Positions 8,190 through 18,873 of a stretch of DNA of 28,649 nt are shown one piece after another. Under the pieces are notes generated by a model. The model worked only from the letters and a program-made list of their open reading frames with translations, had not been told where the DNA came from and did not search any database. This DNA comes from Elusimicrobiota bacterium. GTDB lineage: Bacteria; CG03; SLGR01; JBDRKX01. Each line of letters opens with the position of its first letter. The first letter of the stretch is position 1. Both the position numbers and the translations under genes were made by a program. The DNA is taken from assembly GCA_043813605.1 (NCBI GenBank), contig JBDRKX010000085.1:1-28649 (forward strand), written 5' to 3'.

Positions 8190-9221
8190 CTATATAAGCT
8201 GCTTTTCTATCAGTAATTCAGCGATCTGGACGGCATTCAAAGCAGCGCCTTTTCTCAGGTTATCCGAAACGACCCACATGTTCAGCCCGCATTCTATCGA
8301 CTCATCCTCCCGGATCCTGCCGACAAACACCTCATCTTTACCCCACGCTATGTTAGCCAGGGGATACAACTGGTTCTTTGGATCGTCGAGGACTTTAACT
8401 CCGGGAAAACTCTCAAGCAGTTCCCTCGCCCGCGACGCGGATATTTTTTTCTCCGTCTCAATATTGACCGCCTCCGAATGTCCGCCGATAACAGGGACCC
8501 TTACCGTGGTCATCGTAACCCCTATGGAACCATCCCCCATTATCTTCCGGGTCTCGTGGAGCATTTTCATCTCTTCGGATGTATAGCCGTTTTCCAGGAA
8601 AGCATCCGACTGCGGTATCTGCGGAAGACATTCAAAAGCTATCTGGTGCGGGAACACGCTGCACTTCACATCCTTCTTTTCCATGAAATCCCGTGTCTGC
8701 TGCATCAGTTCTTCTACTGCTTTCAAACCGGCCCCTGATACCGACTGGTACGTAGACACGACTATGCGCTTTATCCGGGTTTCATCATATATAGGTTTCA
8801 GCGCGACAACCATCTGTATCGTGGAACAGTTCGGGTTCGCTATTATACCGTTATGTTTTTCTACATCGTCAGGATTTACTTCAGGAACGACAAGCGGTAC
8901 ATTGTCATCCATGCGGAAGGCGCTCGAATTATCTATAACAACTGCTCCCTGTGCTGCGGCTTTCGGCGCATACTCCTTCGAACGGCTGCCGCCGGCTGAG
9001 AACAGCGCTATATCAACGCCTTCAAAACTCGCCTCGGCAAGATCTTCGACTTCGACCTCGGCATCCAGCCAGGGCAGTTTCCTGCCGGCAGAACGGCTTG
9101 ACGCCATATATCTCATCCTGCCTACAGGGAATTTTCTCTCTTCCAGGATACTCCTCATCTGTTCCCCGACAGCCCCGGTAGCGCCTGCCACAGCGACAGT
9201 ATATTTCTTTTGGGGAGTCAT
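8190..9221 (-). CDS. asd: Aspartate-semialdehyde dehydrogenase
   Basis: VAVAGATGAVG, IANPNCSTIQM (catalytic Cys), VSDNLRKGAALNAVQIAE. Confidence 0.98.
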   Translation of the reverse strand: MTPQKKYTVAVAGATGAVGEQMRSILEERKFPVGRMRYMASSRSAGRKLPWLDAEVEVEDLAEASFEGVDIALFSAGGSRSKEYAPKAAAQGAVVIDNSSAFRMDDNVPLVVPEVNPDDVEKHNGIIANPNCSTIQMVVALKPIYDETRIKRIVVSTYQSVSGAGLKAVEELMQQTRDFMEKKDVKCSVFPHQIAFECLPQIPQSDAFLENGYTSEEMKMLHETRKIMGDGSIGVTMTTVRVPVIGGHSEAVNIETEKKISASRARELLESFPGVKVLDDPKNQLYPLANIAWGKDEVFVGRIREDESIECGLNMWVVSDNLRKGAALNAVQIAELLIEKQLI

Positions 9222-10337
9222 TTATTCAGCCACTCTCCCGGCGATCAGATCACCCACTTCGGTAGTTGAAAACCCCATCTTCTTTGCAGCCATGCTTTTC
9301 AGTTTCTCGGAAACCGCCCACATAATGGCCTGTTCAACGGCAGACGCGGCATCGGGTTCGCCCAGTTCATCCAGCATCAGCTGGGCTGCAGCGATCGCTG
9401 CGATCGGATTGATAACATTCATTCCCGTATACTTGGGCGCGGATCCCCCTATCGGCTCGAACATGGAGACTCCGTCAGGGTTGATATTCCCGCCGGCGGC
9501 TATCCCCATACCGCCCTGTATCATGGCGCCGAGATCGGTTATTATGTCACCGAACATATTGCCTGTCACTATAACGTCGTACCATTCGGGATTTTTGACC
9601 ATCCACATGCAGCATGCATCCACATGGTTATAATCACGCTTGATATCCTTATAATCATTCTGGCCCATTTCATGGAACGCTCTTTCCCACAGGTCATAGA
9701 TGTAGGTCAACACATTTGTTTTTCCTACAAGCGTAAGCTGTCCTGTAAGGCCTTTGCAGGTTTCTTCTTCAGAGAGCCCCTTCCAGGGCCTGTTCTTACG
9801 GCGGTTTTTTGCATAATCAAAAGCATACCTGAGGGCCCTGTCTACGGTATTCCGCGTGTAAACAGAACTTTGTACCGCGACCTCGTTTGGGGTCCCTTTA
9901 TGCGTAAACCCGCCTGTACCCGAATAAAGATCGCCGGTATTCTCCCTGATGACGACAAAATCAATATGTTCGGGGCCCTTATCCTTGAGCGGGGTTTCAA
10001 CCCCTGTATAAAGTTTTACCGGCCTGAGGTTCACATACTGGTCCAGCGCGAACCTGAGTTCCAGAAGTATCCCCTTTTCAAGTATACCCGGCGCCACATC
10101 CGGATGGCCTATCGCACCCAGATATATCGCGTCAAAACCCTTCAGCTCTTCTATAGCTGAATCCGGCAGTGTCTCACCGGTCTTCTTGTACCTTTCACCG
10201 CCGAAATCATATTCTGTAAAATCAAACCCGATATCGTATCTGCCGCCGGCCGCCTCAAGTACTTTAACGCCTTCTCTCACTACTTCCGGACCGGTTCCAT
10301 CTCCGGGAATTACCGCTATTTTGTAGTTTTTTGCCAT
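9222..10337 (-). CDS. leuB: 3-isopropylmalate dehydrogenase
   Basis: IAVIPGDGTGPEV, NLRP, RENT, NMFGDIITD, FEPIGGSAP; follows leuCD. Confidence 0.95.
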   Translation of the reverse strand: MAKNYKIAVIPGDGTGPEVVREGVKVLEAAGGRYDIGFDFTEYDFGGERYKKTGETLPDSAIEELKGFDAIYLGAIGHPDVAPGILEKGILLELRFALDQYVNLRPVKLYTGVETPLKDKGPEHIDFVVIRENTGDLYSGTGGFTHKGTPNEVAVQSSVYTRNTVDRALRYAFDYAKNRRKNRPWKGLSEEETCKGLTGQLTLVGKTNVLTYIYDLWERAFHEMGQNDYKDIKRDYNHVDACCMWMVKNPEWYDVIVTGNMFGDIITDLGAMIQGGMGIAAGGNINPDGVSMFEPIGGSAPKYTGMNVINPIAAIAAAQLMLDELGEPDAASAVEQAIMWAVSEKLKSMAAKKMGFSTTEVGDLIAGRVAE

Positions 10338-10350
10338 ACTGATATCCTTT

Positions 10351-10851
10351 CTATTCCACTAATGTCTTTATCCTGTTCATCAGGCCGCCCTGAGATATTA
10401 TGTCTGCCAGGAACTCGGGAAACTCGGAAAATTCCGCCTTTGTCCCGGTTGTTCTGTTTTCGACTATACCTTTTCTCAGATCAACCGTTACCTTGTCTCC
10501 GGTCCTGATCTCCAGGCCTTTACACTCCAGGATCGGAAGCCCTATATTGATTGCGTTCCTGAAGAATATCCGGGCAAAACTTTCAGCTATTACTGCGCCT
10601 ATACCTGCGCCTTTAATTGACAGCGGCGCATGTTCCCTGGAAGACCCGCATCCGAAATTCCTGCCCGCAACTATAATATCCATCGGCTTGACCTTTGACG
10701 CAAAATTCTCATCAGCGCCTTCCATGCAGTGTTCTGCCAGCTTATCAGGATCGGATGTGTCGAGATACCTGGCCGGAATGATCTGATCCGTATCAACATC
10801 ATCCCCGAACCTGAAAGCATTACCTTCTATTATCAGTCTGTCTTCACTCAT
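10351..10851 (-). CDS. leuD: 3-isopropylmalate dehydratase small subunit (LeuD type 2 / HacB-like)
   Basis: DDVDTDQIIPARYL, NFGCGSSREHAP, SFARIFFRNAINIG. Confidence 0.96.
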   Translation of the reverse strand: MSEDRLIIEGNAFRFGDDVDTDQIIPARYLDTSDPDKLAEHCMEGADENFASKVKPMDIIVAGRNFGCGSSREHAPLSIKGAGIGAVIAESFARIFFRNAINIGLPILECKGLEIRTGDKVTVDLRKGIVENRTTGTKAEFSEFPEFLADIISQGGLMNRIKTLVE

Positions 10852-10872
10852 TGATTACCGAACCTTTCTTTC

Positions 10873-12132
10873 TTACAGATCCCCGGGAGATATAATATAT
10901 CCCGCTATCGCTGTTGCCGCAGCAACCTCCGGATTTGAGAGATAGACCTCGGATTCCTTATGCCCCATCCGTCCGACGAAATTCCTGTTTGTCGTAGACA
11001 ACGCTATCTCCCCTTTAGCGAGTATTCCCATATGCCCGCCAAGACACGGCCCGCATGTGGGGGGTGATATAATTGCGCCTGTTTCGACAAAGATCTTCAG
11101 AAGGCCTGTATCCAGCATCTCTTTATATATATCGGCTGAACCCGGTATCACTATAAACCTCAGGCCTTCGGCAACTTTTCTTCCTTCCACTATCTTCGCA
11201 GCTTTTACAAAGTCTTCATACCTGCCGTTTGTACATGACCCGAGGACAACCTGATCCACTTTCACTCTTTCTATCGTGTCGACCGCCTTAGAATTGGACG
11301 GCAATGAGGGAAAAGCTACCTGCGGTTTTATTATTGAGCAGTCTATCTCCACTATTTCTTCAAACTCTTTATCGTCTTCTATAGAATAGTTTTTTTCAAA
11401 TGCGGAATAAGGCCTTGGCGCTCTTTTTTCCACATAATCGACTACTGCGCGGTCAGGTGTCATTATACCGTACTTGGCGCCGCATTCAATCGCCATATTT
11501 GCCATTGTAAATCTCGAATCAAGCGAAAGCTCCTTCAACGCCTCGCCGCAGAACTCGAGTCCTTTATACCGCGCGCCTTCTACGCCCAGAAGCGATATAA
11601 TATGCAGGATAATATCCTTTCCGCTCACATACCTGTTAATACTTCCGTTAAGGATCATTTTTATAGCAGGAGGGACCTTGAACCATGCCCTGCCGGTGGC
11701 CCATGCCGCTGCCACATCGGTCGAACCCACACCTGTAGCAAACGCTCCGAGTGCCCCGTATGTACATGTATGTGAATCAGCTCCTATAACTACATCACCG
11801 GGAAGGACAAGGCCTTTTTCCGGCAGTATTACGTGCTCTATACCGCAGCCGGCATCATAGAATCTGAGTTCATGCCTGTTTGCAAAATCTCTGACTTTCT
11901 TCACCTGCATAGCTGACGCTATATCCTTATTCGGAGTAAAATGATCTGCTACTATCACAACTCTCTCCGGATATGCTATCCGGTCAATATGAGCGGCTTC
12001 GAACGCGTCTATCGCAAGAGGTGTCGTTATGTCATTAGAAAGGATAACATCCACATCTATCTCTATGAAATCTCCGGTAGCAAGTTTGGGTATACCCAGT
12101 TTTTGACGAAATATCTTCTTTACATAACTCAT
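10873..12132 (-). CDS. leuC: 3-isopropylmalate dehydratase large subunit (LeuC type 2 / HacA-like)
   Basis: GADSHTCTYGA, GSCTNGR, CGPCLGGHMG, STTNRNFVGRMG. Confidence 0.96.
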   Translation of the reverse strand: MSYVKKIFRQKLGIPKLATGDFIEIDVDVILSNDITTPLAIDAFEAAHIDRIAYPERVVIVADHFTPNKDIASAMQVKKVRDFANRHELRFYDAGCGIEHVILPEKGLVLPGDVVIGADSHTCTYGALGAFATGVGSTDVAAAWATGRAWFKVPPAIKMILNGSINRYVSGKDIILHIISLLGVEGARYKGLEFCGEALKELSLDSRFTMANMAIECGAKYGIMTPDRAVVDYVEKRAPRPYSAFEKNYSIEDDKEFEEIVEIDCSIIKPQVAFPSLPSNSKAVDTIERVKVDQVVLGSCTNGRYEDFVKAAKIVEGRKVAEGLRFIVIPGSADIYKEMLDTGLLKIFVETGAIISPPTCGPCLGGHMGILAKGEIALSTTNRNFVGRMGHKESEVYLSNPEVAAATAIAGYIISPGDL

Positions 12133-13700
12133 TTTTTTACCTGTTTACAATCAGCTTTACTGCCGGAGTTTCTCCGCAGCTGTCTGAGGCGCAGCCTGTT
12201 CAGTGCGGCTATATACGCAAATGCGGAAGCCTCAATGATATCCGTTGATACCCCGCGGCCCTTAACTTCCTCGGATCCCTCATCCTCTTTTATTGTGACT
12301 GTCACTTCCCCCATGGAATCCCCGCCCTTTGAGACCGCTTTAATACGGTAATCCACCAGTATGGATTCCATACCGGTGATCTTGTCTATTGCCGTATAAC
12401 AGGCGTCAACCGGGCCGTCTCCGGTCATTGCCTTCTCCACTAAATCAGTAGTGCCGTCTTTCTTGTTTATCTTTATACGCACTGTTGCGCTTGGTATGGT
12501 CTTTGATCCGGAAACAGTATGCATATAGTCTATTTCGAATATCTTCTTTACTTCACCGACCTGATTGTCGACCAGAGCCATAAGTTCGTCATCATAAACC
12601 TGTTTTTTCTTGTCGGCAAGCTCTTTGAATTCCCTGAAGAGTTTATCCATATCCAGCTTGTTGTCACTTACCCCCAGAGTACGCAGTCTTTCCATGATAG
12701 CATGCCTCCCGGAATGTTTTCCAAGTACCAGTGATTCTACTTTTCTCCCAATGGATTCCGGTGTCATTATCTCATATGTAAGTTTGTCCTGGAGCATACC
12801 GTGCTGATGAATGCCTGCTTCATGCCGGAAAGCGTTTTCTCCGACTATGGCTTTGTTCTTCTGTATGGATATTCCCGATAACCTTGTAACCAGCGAAGAC
12901 ACAGGATATATCTTCCTGGTATCAATATCAGTCGTAACACCGTAGATATCCCTGCGCGTCACCAGGCTCATCACTATCTCTTCCATCGATGCGTTTCCCG
13001 CTCTTTCGCCTATGCCGTTAATAGTACATTCTATCTGCTGGGCACCGTTTTGAACAGCCGCCAGTGAATTGGCTGATGCCATACCGAGGTCATTATGACA
13101 GTGAACGCTGAGGATGATATTATCCGGTAATATCCTTCTTATCTCTTTTATTATTCCCGCGAATTCCGTGGGCATCGTATACCCGACTGTGTCCGGTATA
13201 TTTATTGTTGTAGCGCCGGCTTCAGCCACTTCTTTAACAACCTGCTTTAAGTATTCGATTTCAGTCCTCGTGGCATCTTCAGCAGAAAACTCGACATCTT
13301 CACAAAAAGATTTTGCCAGTTTAACCGCATTCACGGCATTCTCAATAACCTCTGCTTTACTCATCTTGAGTTTGGCCTTCCTGTGTATAGGACTGGTCGC
13401 GATAAACGTATGGATCCTTGGATGAGAAGCTTTTTTTACAGCTTCCCAGCATCTCCTGATATCTCCTTCAACTGCCCTTGACAACCCGCATACGACAGCT
13501 TTTTTTAACTCTCCTGCGATCATGCTTACCGCTTCAAAATCTCCATCAGAAGCGATCGGAAATCCGGCCTCGATCACGTTCACTCCCATCTGCTCCAGTT
13601 GATGGGCAATCTGTACCTTTTCCTCCATATTCATACTGGCGCCGGGAGACTGTTCACCGTCCCTCAATGTAGTGTCAAATATTATTATATTTTTCATCAT
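12129..13700 (-). CDS. leuA: 2-isopropylmalate synthase
   Basis: FDTTLRDGEQSPG, HCHNDLG, NGIGERAGNA, HEAGIHQHG, C-terminal regulatory domain (GDGPVDA). The start may be the second ATG at 13697. Confidence 0.97.
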   Translation of the reverse strand: MMKNIIIFDTTLRDGEQSPGASMNMEEKVQIAHQLEQMGVNVIEAGFPIASDGDFEAVSMIAGELKKAVVCGLSRAVEGDIRRCWEAVKKASHPRIHTFIATSPIHRKAKLKMSKAEVIENAVNAVKLAKSFCEDVEFSAEDATRTEIEYLKQVVKEVAEAGATTINIPDTVGYTMPTEFAGIIKEIRRILPDNIILSVHCHNDLGMASANSLAAVQNGAQQIECTINGIGERAGNASMEEIVMSLVTRRDIYGVTTDIDTRKIYPVSSLVTRLSGISIQKNKAIVGENAFRHEAGIHQHGMLQDKLTYEIMTPESIGRKVESLVLGKHSGRHAIMERLRTLGVSDNKLDMDKLFREFKELADKKKQVYDDELMALVDNQVGEVKKIFEIDYMHTVSGSKTIPSATVRIKINKKDGTTDLVEKAMTGDGPVDACYTAIDKITGMESILVDYRIKAVSKGGDSMGEVTVTIKEDEGSEEVKGRGVSTDIIEASAFAYIAALNRLRLRQLRRNSGSKADCKQVKK

Positions 13701-13813
13701 ATCCTGCCTATCAAATGTTCCTATAAGAAATTCCTGTTAAAAATTCCTGCCGGAAAGACCTTTAAACACCATCTTCCACTGACAGCAGACGAACTCCTTT
13801 ATACGTCTTTGAT

Positions 13814-14818
13814 CTATTTTTTGAGCCAGGGCATCATCGAACGGAGCTTTTCGCCTACCTCTTCGATCTGGTGCTCCTTCATCTCTGTCCTTTTCTGATT
13901 GAATACAGGCCGGCCGTCATTGTTCTCCTTTATCCACTCATCAGCAAAACTGCCGGACTGTATCTCTCCCAGTATCTTCTTCATTTCTTCTTTCGTATTA
14001 TCAGTAATTATTCTCGACCCCCGGGAATATTCACCGTATTCAGCAGTATCAGAGATAGAGTAATTCATATATGATATGCCTTTTGCATGGACAAGGTCTA
14101 TTATCAGCTTCATCTCATGAAGGCATTCAAAATATGCCACCTCCGGCTGATAACCCGCTTCAACCAGTGTTTCAAAACCCTTCTTTATCAGTTCTACCAC
14201 ACCGCCGCAAAGGACAACCTGTTCTCCGAAAAGATCCGTTTCAGTTTCTTCTGTAAAAGTAGTCTCGATCACCCCGGCCCTGGTTCCGCCTGTACCTTTT
14301 GCATAGGCAAGCGCCAGTTCCCTGGCGTTTCCTGAAACATCTTTTTCCACCGCAATGAGCATGGGGACACCCTTGCCTTCGGTAAAGACATCCCTTACCA
14401 GATGTCCGGGGCCTTTCGGTGCTATCATGACAACGTCACAGTTGTCCGGAGGGCTTATCTGGTCAAAACGGATATTAAAACCATGTGAAAACCCCAGAAC
14501 CATATTCTCTTTATTCTCTATATACGGCTTAATGGCCTCGAAGACTTTCGGCTGTACCGTATCCGGTACCAGTATCTGCACCCAAAAGACACCGTCTTTC
14601 TGAACCGCTGCCTCAGCCGTCTCAGGACTGAATCCGTCCTCTATAGCCTTTCCCCAGTTAGGAGAACCCTCGACATCCGCTACAATAACATCTATTCCTG
14701 AATCCCTGAGGTTCTGCGCATGCGCGTGGCCCTGCGAACCATAGCCAAGTATAACTATTTTCTTCCCCTGCAGCAGTCCCAGGTCGGCATCCTGGTCATA
14801 ATACATTTTTGCACTCAT
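13814..14818 (-). CDS. ilvC: Ketol-acid reductoisomerase
   Basis: [41 protein letters not shown]. Confidence 0.98.
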   Translation of the reverse strand: MSAKMYYDQDADLGLLQGKKIVILGYGSQGHAHAQNLRDSGIDVIVADVEGSPNWGKAIEDGFSPETAEAAVQKDGVFWVQILVPDTVQPKVFEAIKPYIENKENMVLGFSHGFNIRFDQISPPDNCDVVMIAPKGPGHLVRDVFTEGKGVPMLIAVEKDVSGNARELALAYAKGTGGTRAGVIETTFTEETETDLFGEQVVLCGGVVELIKKGFETLVEAGYQPEVAYFECLHEMKLIIDLVHAKGISYMNYSISDTAEYGEYSRGSRIITDNTKEEMKKILGEIQSGSFADEWIKENNDGRPVFNQKRTEMKEHQIEEVGEKLRSMMPWLKK

Positions 14819-15297
14819 TTTTTTCCTCCTCTTTCCAGAGCGATAACTCCCGTTCTTGCCATCTCGATTATATGGTACGGTTTCATCAGCTCAATAAAAG
14901 CTTTTATCTTGTCTTCCGTGCCCGTCATCTCTACTGTCAGGCTGTCACCGCCTACATCGACTATCTTTGACCTGAATATCGATGCAATTTCAATAATCTC
15001 AGGCCGTATCTTTTTTTCAGCTGCGACTTTGATAAGGATAAGATCTCTCTCTACATAATCTGTATTGAGATAATCCCTTACCTTGATCACATTAGGCAGC
15101 TTATTCAATTGTTTAGTAACCTGCTCAAGTACTGTTTCGTCACCTTTTACCACAAGTGTGAGCCTCGATATCTCCGGATCTTCAGTCCTTCCCACCGCAA
15201 GAGAATCAATATTGTATCCCCTTGCACTGAATAATCCCGATATCCTCGCCAGTACACCGGACTTATTTTCAACTAATGCTGATATTGTATGTTTCAT
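14815..15297 (-). CDS. ilvN: Acetolactate synthase small (regulatory) subunit
   Basis: [28 protein letters not shown] domain. The GGAGG SD favours ATG 15297 or 15300 over TTG 15318. Confidence 0.97.
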   Translation of the reverse strand: MKHTISALVENKSGVLARISGLFSARGYNIDSLAVGRTEDPEISRLTLVVKGDETVLEQVTKQLNKLPNVIKVRDYLNTDYVERDLILIKVAAEKKIRPEIIEIASIFRSKIVDVGGDSLTVEMTGTEDKIKAFIELMKPYHIIEMARTGVIALERGGKK

Positions 15298-15315
15298 CAT
15301 GCCTCCATTTTTTGG

Positions 15316-15440
15316 CAATAAGCTATAAGCACTAAACCATAAAAAAAATACCGCAAAGCAACCTGTAATCCGACTTATTTCATCTTTACCGTAATTACTT
15401 TGAAACTTATAACTTGCAGCTTACCACTTACTGCTCTTTA
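15316..15440. repeat. Degenerate heptamer tandem repeats in inverted orientation flanking the ilvB-ilvN spacer
   Basis: Left (plus strand): CAATAAG CTATAAG CACTAAA CCATAAA (15316-15343). Right: CTTATAA CTTGCAG CTTACCA CTTACTG CTCTTTA (15406-15440). The two arrays are approximate reverse complements. Confidence 0.6.
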
Positions 15441-17126
15441 CTATGCCATTTCCAGCAATATCTCGTCTATTGCGGCGCCTGCGGGAACCATCGGATATAC
15501 GTTTTCTTCCTTTTCTACTATAAAATCCATAACGACCGGGCCATTGCATTTCAAGGCAGTTCTTATTGCCGCTTCCACATCTTTCTTCTTTTCGATCCTG
15601 ATGCCTTTTGCGCCATACGCTGTCGCGACCTTTGCAAAGTCCGGAACCCTTACGTTATGGGATTTCCCCAGACAGACCTGGGAATACCTCTTATTATAAA
15701 AAAGATCCTGCCACTGCCTCACCATACCGAGATAATTGTTGTTAAGTATAGCTACTATTACAGGTATTTTATTTACAACACAAGTAGCCAGTTCCTGTAT
15801 GTTCATCTGAAAACTCCCGTCACCGGCAATACATATTACGGTTTTATCCGGTTTGCCGAACTTCGCACCTATTGCCGCCGGGAACCCATACCCCATAGTT
15901 CCAAGTCCTCCCGATGTCAGAAAAGTGCGCGGCTCGTTATATTTGAAGAACTGCATAGCCCACATCTGATGCTGCCCTACTTCAGTCGTTATCACCACAT
16001 CATCTCCGGTTATTCTGCTGAGCTGTTCTATGACATACTGCGGCCGCAGTTTATCATCATCTTTTTTATATGACAACGGATGTTTTTTCTTCCACCCGTT
16101 AATGGCGCTGTGCCATTCCCTTCTCTCCTTCAGCTCAACCAGTTTTACAAGTTCACTCAGGACATTTTTGCAGTCTCCGACTATCGGGATATCGGCTTTA
16201 ACGTTCTTTGATATTGAAGTCGGATCGATATCTATATGTATTATCCTGGCGCCTTTGGCGAAATCACACAACCGTCCGGTTACCCTGTCATCGAAACGCG
16301 CGCCGACCGCTATTATAAGATCCGACTGCTGTATTGCCTGATTAGCATAGAATGTACCGTGCATACCGAGCATTCCGAGTGCTAATCTGTCATCTGCAGG
16401 AAACGAACCCACGCCCATGAGGGTAGTTGTAACCGGTATTTTGCCTTTTGCCGCCGTTTTTCTGAGTTCTTTTGATGCATTCGACAATATTATCCCGCCG
16501 CCGACATATAAAACAGGCCTTTTTGAACTGTTTATTGCTTTAGCTGCAAGTTTGATCTGATTCATGTGTCCTTGTACTTTGGGATTATATCCGCGCATAA
16601 TTATCTTTTCCGGATATCTGAATTTGATATCAGACTTCTGAACATCTACAGGAAGATCGATGAGCACCGGGCCGGGACGTCCGGAACGGGCAAGATGAAA
16701 CGCCTCCTTTATAGTAGGTGCCAGATCTTCAATATTAGTTACCATATAATTCTGTTTTGTAACCGGCCTTGTTATACCTGTAGTATCCGCTTCCTGGAAT
16801 GCGTCGTTCCCTACGAGATGTGTCGCCACCTGGCCCGTTATAGCTACCACAGGTATCGAATCCATATATGCGGTCGCCAGTCCTGTAACCAGGTTTGTCG
16901 CCCCCGGTCCGGAAGTAGCAAGACACACGCCCACCTTACCGGTTGCTCTCGCGTAACCGTCTGCCATATGTGCTGCCGCCTGTTCGTGCCTGGTCAATAT
17001 GAAAGTAATCGCTTTCTCATCATAGAGCTCATCAAGGATCGGGATAACAACACCCCCGCCGATACCGAATATGATATCGACACCCTCTTTTTTCAGACAC
17101 TCGAGTACTATTCGTGCTCCATTCAT
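15441..17126 (-). CDS. ilvB: Acetolactate synthase large subunit, biosynthetic type
   Basis: RHEQAAAHMADGYARATG, TSGPGATN, GDGSFQMN..NN ThDP motif, LGMVRQWQ; AAGGAG SD. Confidence 0.98.
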   Translation of the reverse strand: MNGARIVLECLKKEGVDIIFGIGGGVVIPILDELYDEKAITFILTRHEQAAAHMADGYARATGKVGVCLATSGPGATNLVTGLATAYMDSIPVVAITGQVATHLVGNDAFQEADTTGITRPVTKQNYMVTNIEDLAPTIKEAFHLARSGRPGPVLIDLPVDVQKSDIKFRYPEKIIMRGYNPKVQGHMNQIKLAAKAINSSKRPVLYVGGGIILSNASKELRKTAAKGKIPVTTTLMGVGSFPADDRLALGMLGMHGTFYANQAIQQSDLIIAVGARFDDRVTGRLCDFAKGARIIHIDIDPTSISKNVKADIPIVGDCKNVLSELVKLVELKERREWHSAINGWKKKHPLSYKKDDDKLRPQYVIEQLSRITGDDVVITTEVGQHQMWAMQFFKYNEPRTFLTSGGLGTMGYGFPAAIGAKFGKPDKTVICIAGDGSFQMNIQELATCVVNKIPVIVAILNNNYLGMVRQWQDLFYNKRYSQVCLGKSHNVRVPDFAKVATAYGAKGIRIEKKKDVEAAIRTALKCNGPVVMDFIVEKEENVYPMVPAGAAIDEILLEMA

Positions 17127-17181
17127 ATTTCTTCTCCTTTTAATTCTTTAATGTTTTCCTGGTATTATCAACTGCCGGGCT

Positions 17182-18834
17182 TTATTTTAATACAGCGCCT
17201 TCGGCCGCTGAACTTACCAGCTTAGCATATCTCGCCAGCCAGCCTGTCAATTTTTTTACAGGCTTTTTCCATTTAGACAGTCTCGCCTCTATTTCTTCCT
17301 TAGACAGGCGGACTTCCAGCTTGCGGCCGGGTATATCGATATCTATTATGTCCCCGTCTTTTAGAGCAGCTATAGGACCGCCCTGCGCAGCTTCCGGTGA
17401 TATATGCCCGACACAGGGTCCTCTTGTACCGCCGGAAAATCTTCCGTCTGTTATAAGTGCGACATCTTTCTCCAGACCCATACCGGCTATGATTGAAGTC
17501 GGATTCAGCATCTCCCTCATCCCGGGCCCCCCGGCCGGTCCTTCATACCTTATTACGACAACATCGCCTTTTTTTATCTTCCTGTCCTTGATCGCCTTTA
17601 TCGCTTTATCTTCACTGTTGAATACGCGTGCGGGTCCGGACATCTTCATGTTTTTTTCATCAACTGCGGACTGTTTTACCACAGAACCTTCAGGACAAAG
17701 ATTTCCATATAATATCGCCAGGCCGCCGGTCGGCTTAAAGGGCCTTGACCTGGGCCGGATAACATCTGCGTCTTCTATGACAGCCGCTTGAGCGATCGCT
17801 TTTATCGTTTTCCCCGATACTGTAATATTGTCTTTAAGAAATACCGACAGCCTGTTAAGCACCCCGGGGATCCCGCCGGCCCAGTCAAGGTCTTCCATAA
17901 AGTAATCGCCACCCGGCCTGAGACTCAGTATCTGCGGAACTTTTTTGCTCAATTTGTCAAAAAGTTTTAAGTCGATATCCACTTTTGCTTCCCGGGCAAT
18001 AGCCGGAAGATGAAGAACAGTGTTGGTTGAACCGCCTGTAGCCACATCAACGATTATCGCGTTGTTGAAAGCATTATCATTCATTATCTTTCTTGGTGTT
18101 ATATTCTTCTCAATAAGCTCTATGACTTTTTTACCGCTCCGATATGCCAGCCGTTCCTTTTCAGCCGATACCGCCAGCGCAGTACCGCAACGGGGCAGAC
18201 TCATACCCATTGCCTCGGTAAGACAGTTCATGGTATTGGCTGTATATAATCCCTGGCATGACCCGCATGTAGGACAGGCCCGGAGAGCAAGATCCTCAAG
18301 TTCATCCCGCGTTATCTTTCCCGCTTCATAATTACCTACCGCCTCAAAAGTATCACGTACCAGTGAGAGTTTTCTTCCGTTCCTCCTGCCTGTCAGCATC
18401 GGACCGGCCGTTACGATTATTGCAGGAATATTGACTCTTGCCGCTGCCATAAGCATGCCGGGAGTTATCTTGTCGCAGCTTGTCAGCAGTACGAGTCCGT
18501 CAAATCCATGTGCAACAGCCATACTCTCGACTGAATCTGCTATCAATTCCCTGGAAGGAAGAGAAAACCGCATACCTTCATGCCCCATAGCAATGCCGTC
18601 GCATATAGCCGGCAGTCCGAACTGAAAAGAGATACCTCCCCCTGCATGCACTCCTTTTTCTATTGCGCCCGACAGCCTCTGCATATGCACATGCCCCGGA
18701 ACCACTTCCGTAAAACTCGTACCCACACCTATAAACGGCTTGTGCATTATCTCTTCATTATCTACACCACAGGCATAGAGCAATGCTCTTGACGGGGCCC
18801 TGTCGGCGCCTTTCTTTATTCTGTCACTTTTCAT
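17182..18834 (-). CDS. ilvD: Dihydroxy-acid dehydratase
   Basis: [51 protein letters not shown]. Confidence 0.98.
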   Translation of the reverse strand: MKSDRIKKGADRAPSRALLYACGVDNEEIMHKPFIGVGTSFTEVVPGHVHMQRLSGAIEKGVHAGGGISFQFGLPAICDGIAMGHEGMRFSLPSRELIADSVESMAVAHGFDGLVLLTSCDKITPGMLMAAARVNIPAIIVTAGPMLTGRRNGRKLSLVRDTFEAVGNYEAGKITRDELEDLALRACPTCGSCQGLYTANTMNCLTEAMGMSLPRCGTALAVSAEKERLAYRSGKKVIELIEKNITPRKIMNDNAFNNAIIVDVATGGSTNTVLHLPAIAREAKVDIDLKLFDKLSKKVPQILSLRPGGDYFMEDLDWAGGIPGVLNRLSVFLKDNITVSGKTIKAIAQAAVIEDADVIRPRSRPFKPTGGLAILYGNLCPEGSVVKQSAVDEKNMKMSGPARVFNSEDKAIKAIKDRKIKKGDVVVIRYEGPAGGPGMREMLNPTSIIAGMGLEKDVALITDGRFSGGTRGPCVGHISPEAAQGGPIAALKDGDIIDIDIPGRKLEVRLSKEEIEARLSKWKKPVKKLTGWLARYAKLVSSAAEGAVLK

Positions 18835-18873
18835 ATCAACCTTCCTTAAAAAAACCGGTATCAGGTGTTCTCG

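Noticed and set aside
8683..9633. Long plus-strand ORF (316 aa) and similar antisense ORFs, e.g. 4866-5732, 15414-16073, 16566-17225, 22727-23398, 25537-26398
   Set aside because: They lie entirely opposite well-conserved genes, with the composition typical of antisense frames and no recognisable motifs.
13737..13772. Leucine attenuator peptide before leuA (MVFKGLSGRNF)
   Set aside because: It has only one Leu codon, no well-spaced SD and no terminator/antiterminator with a U-tract.
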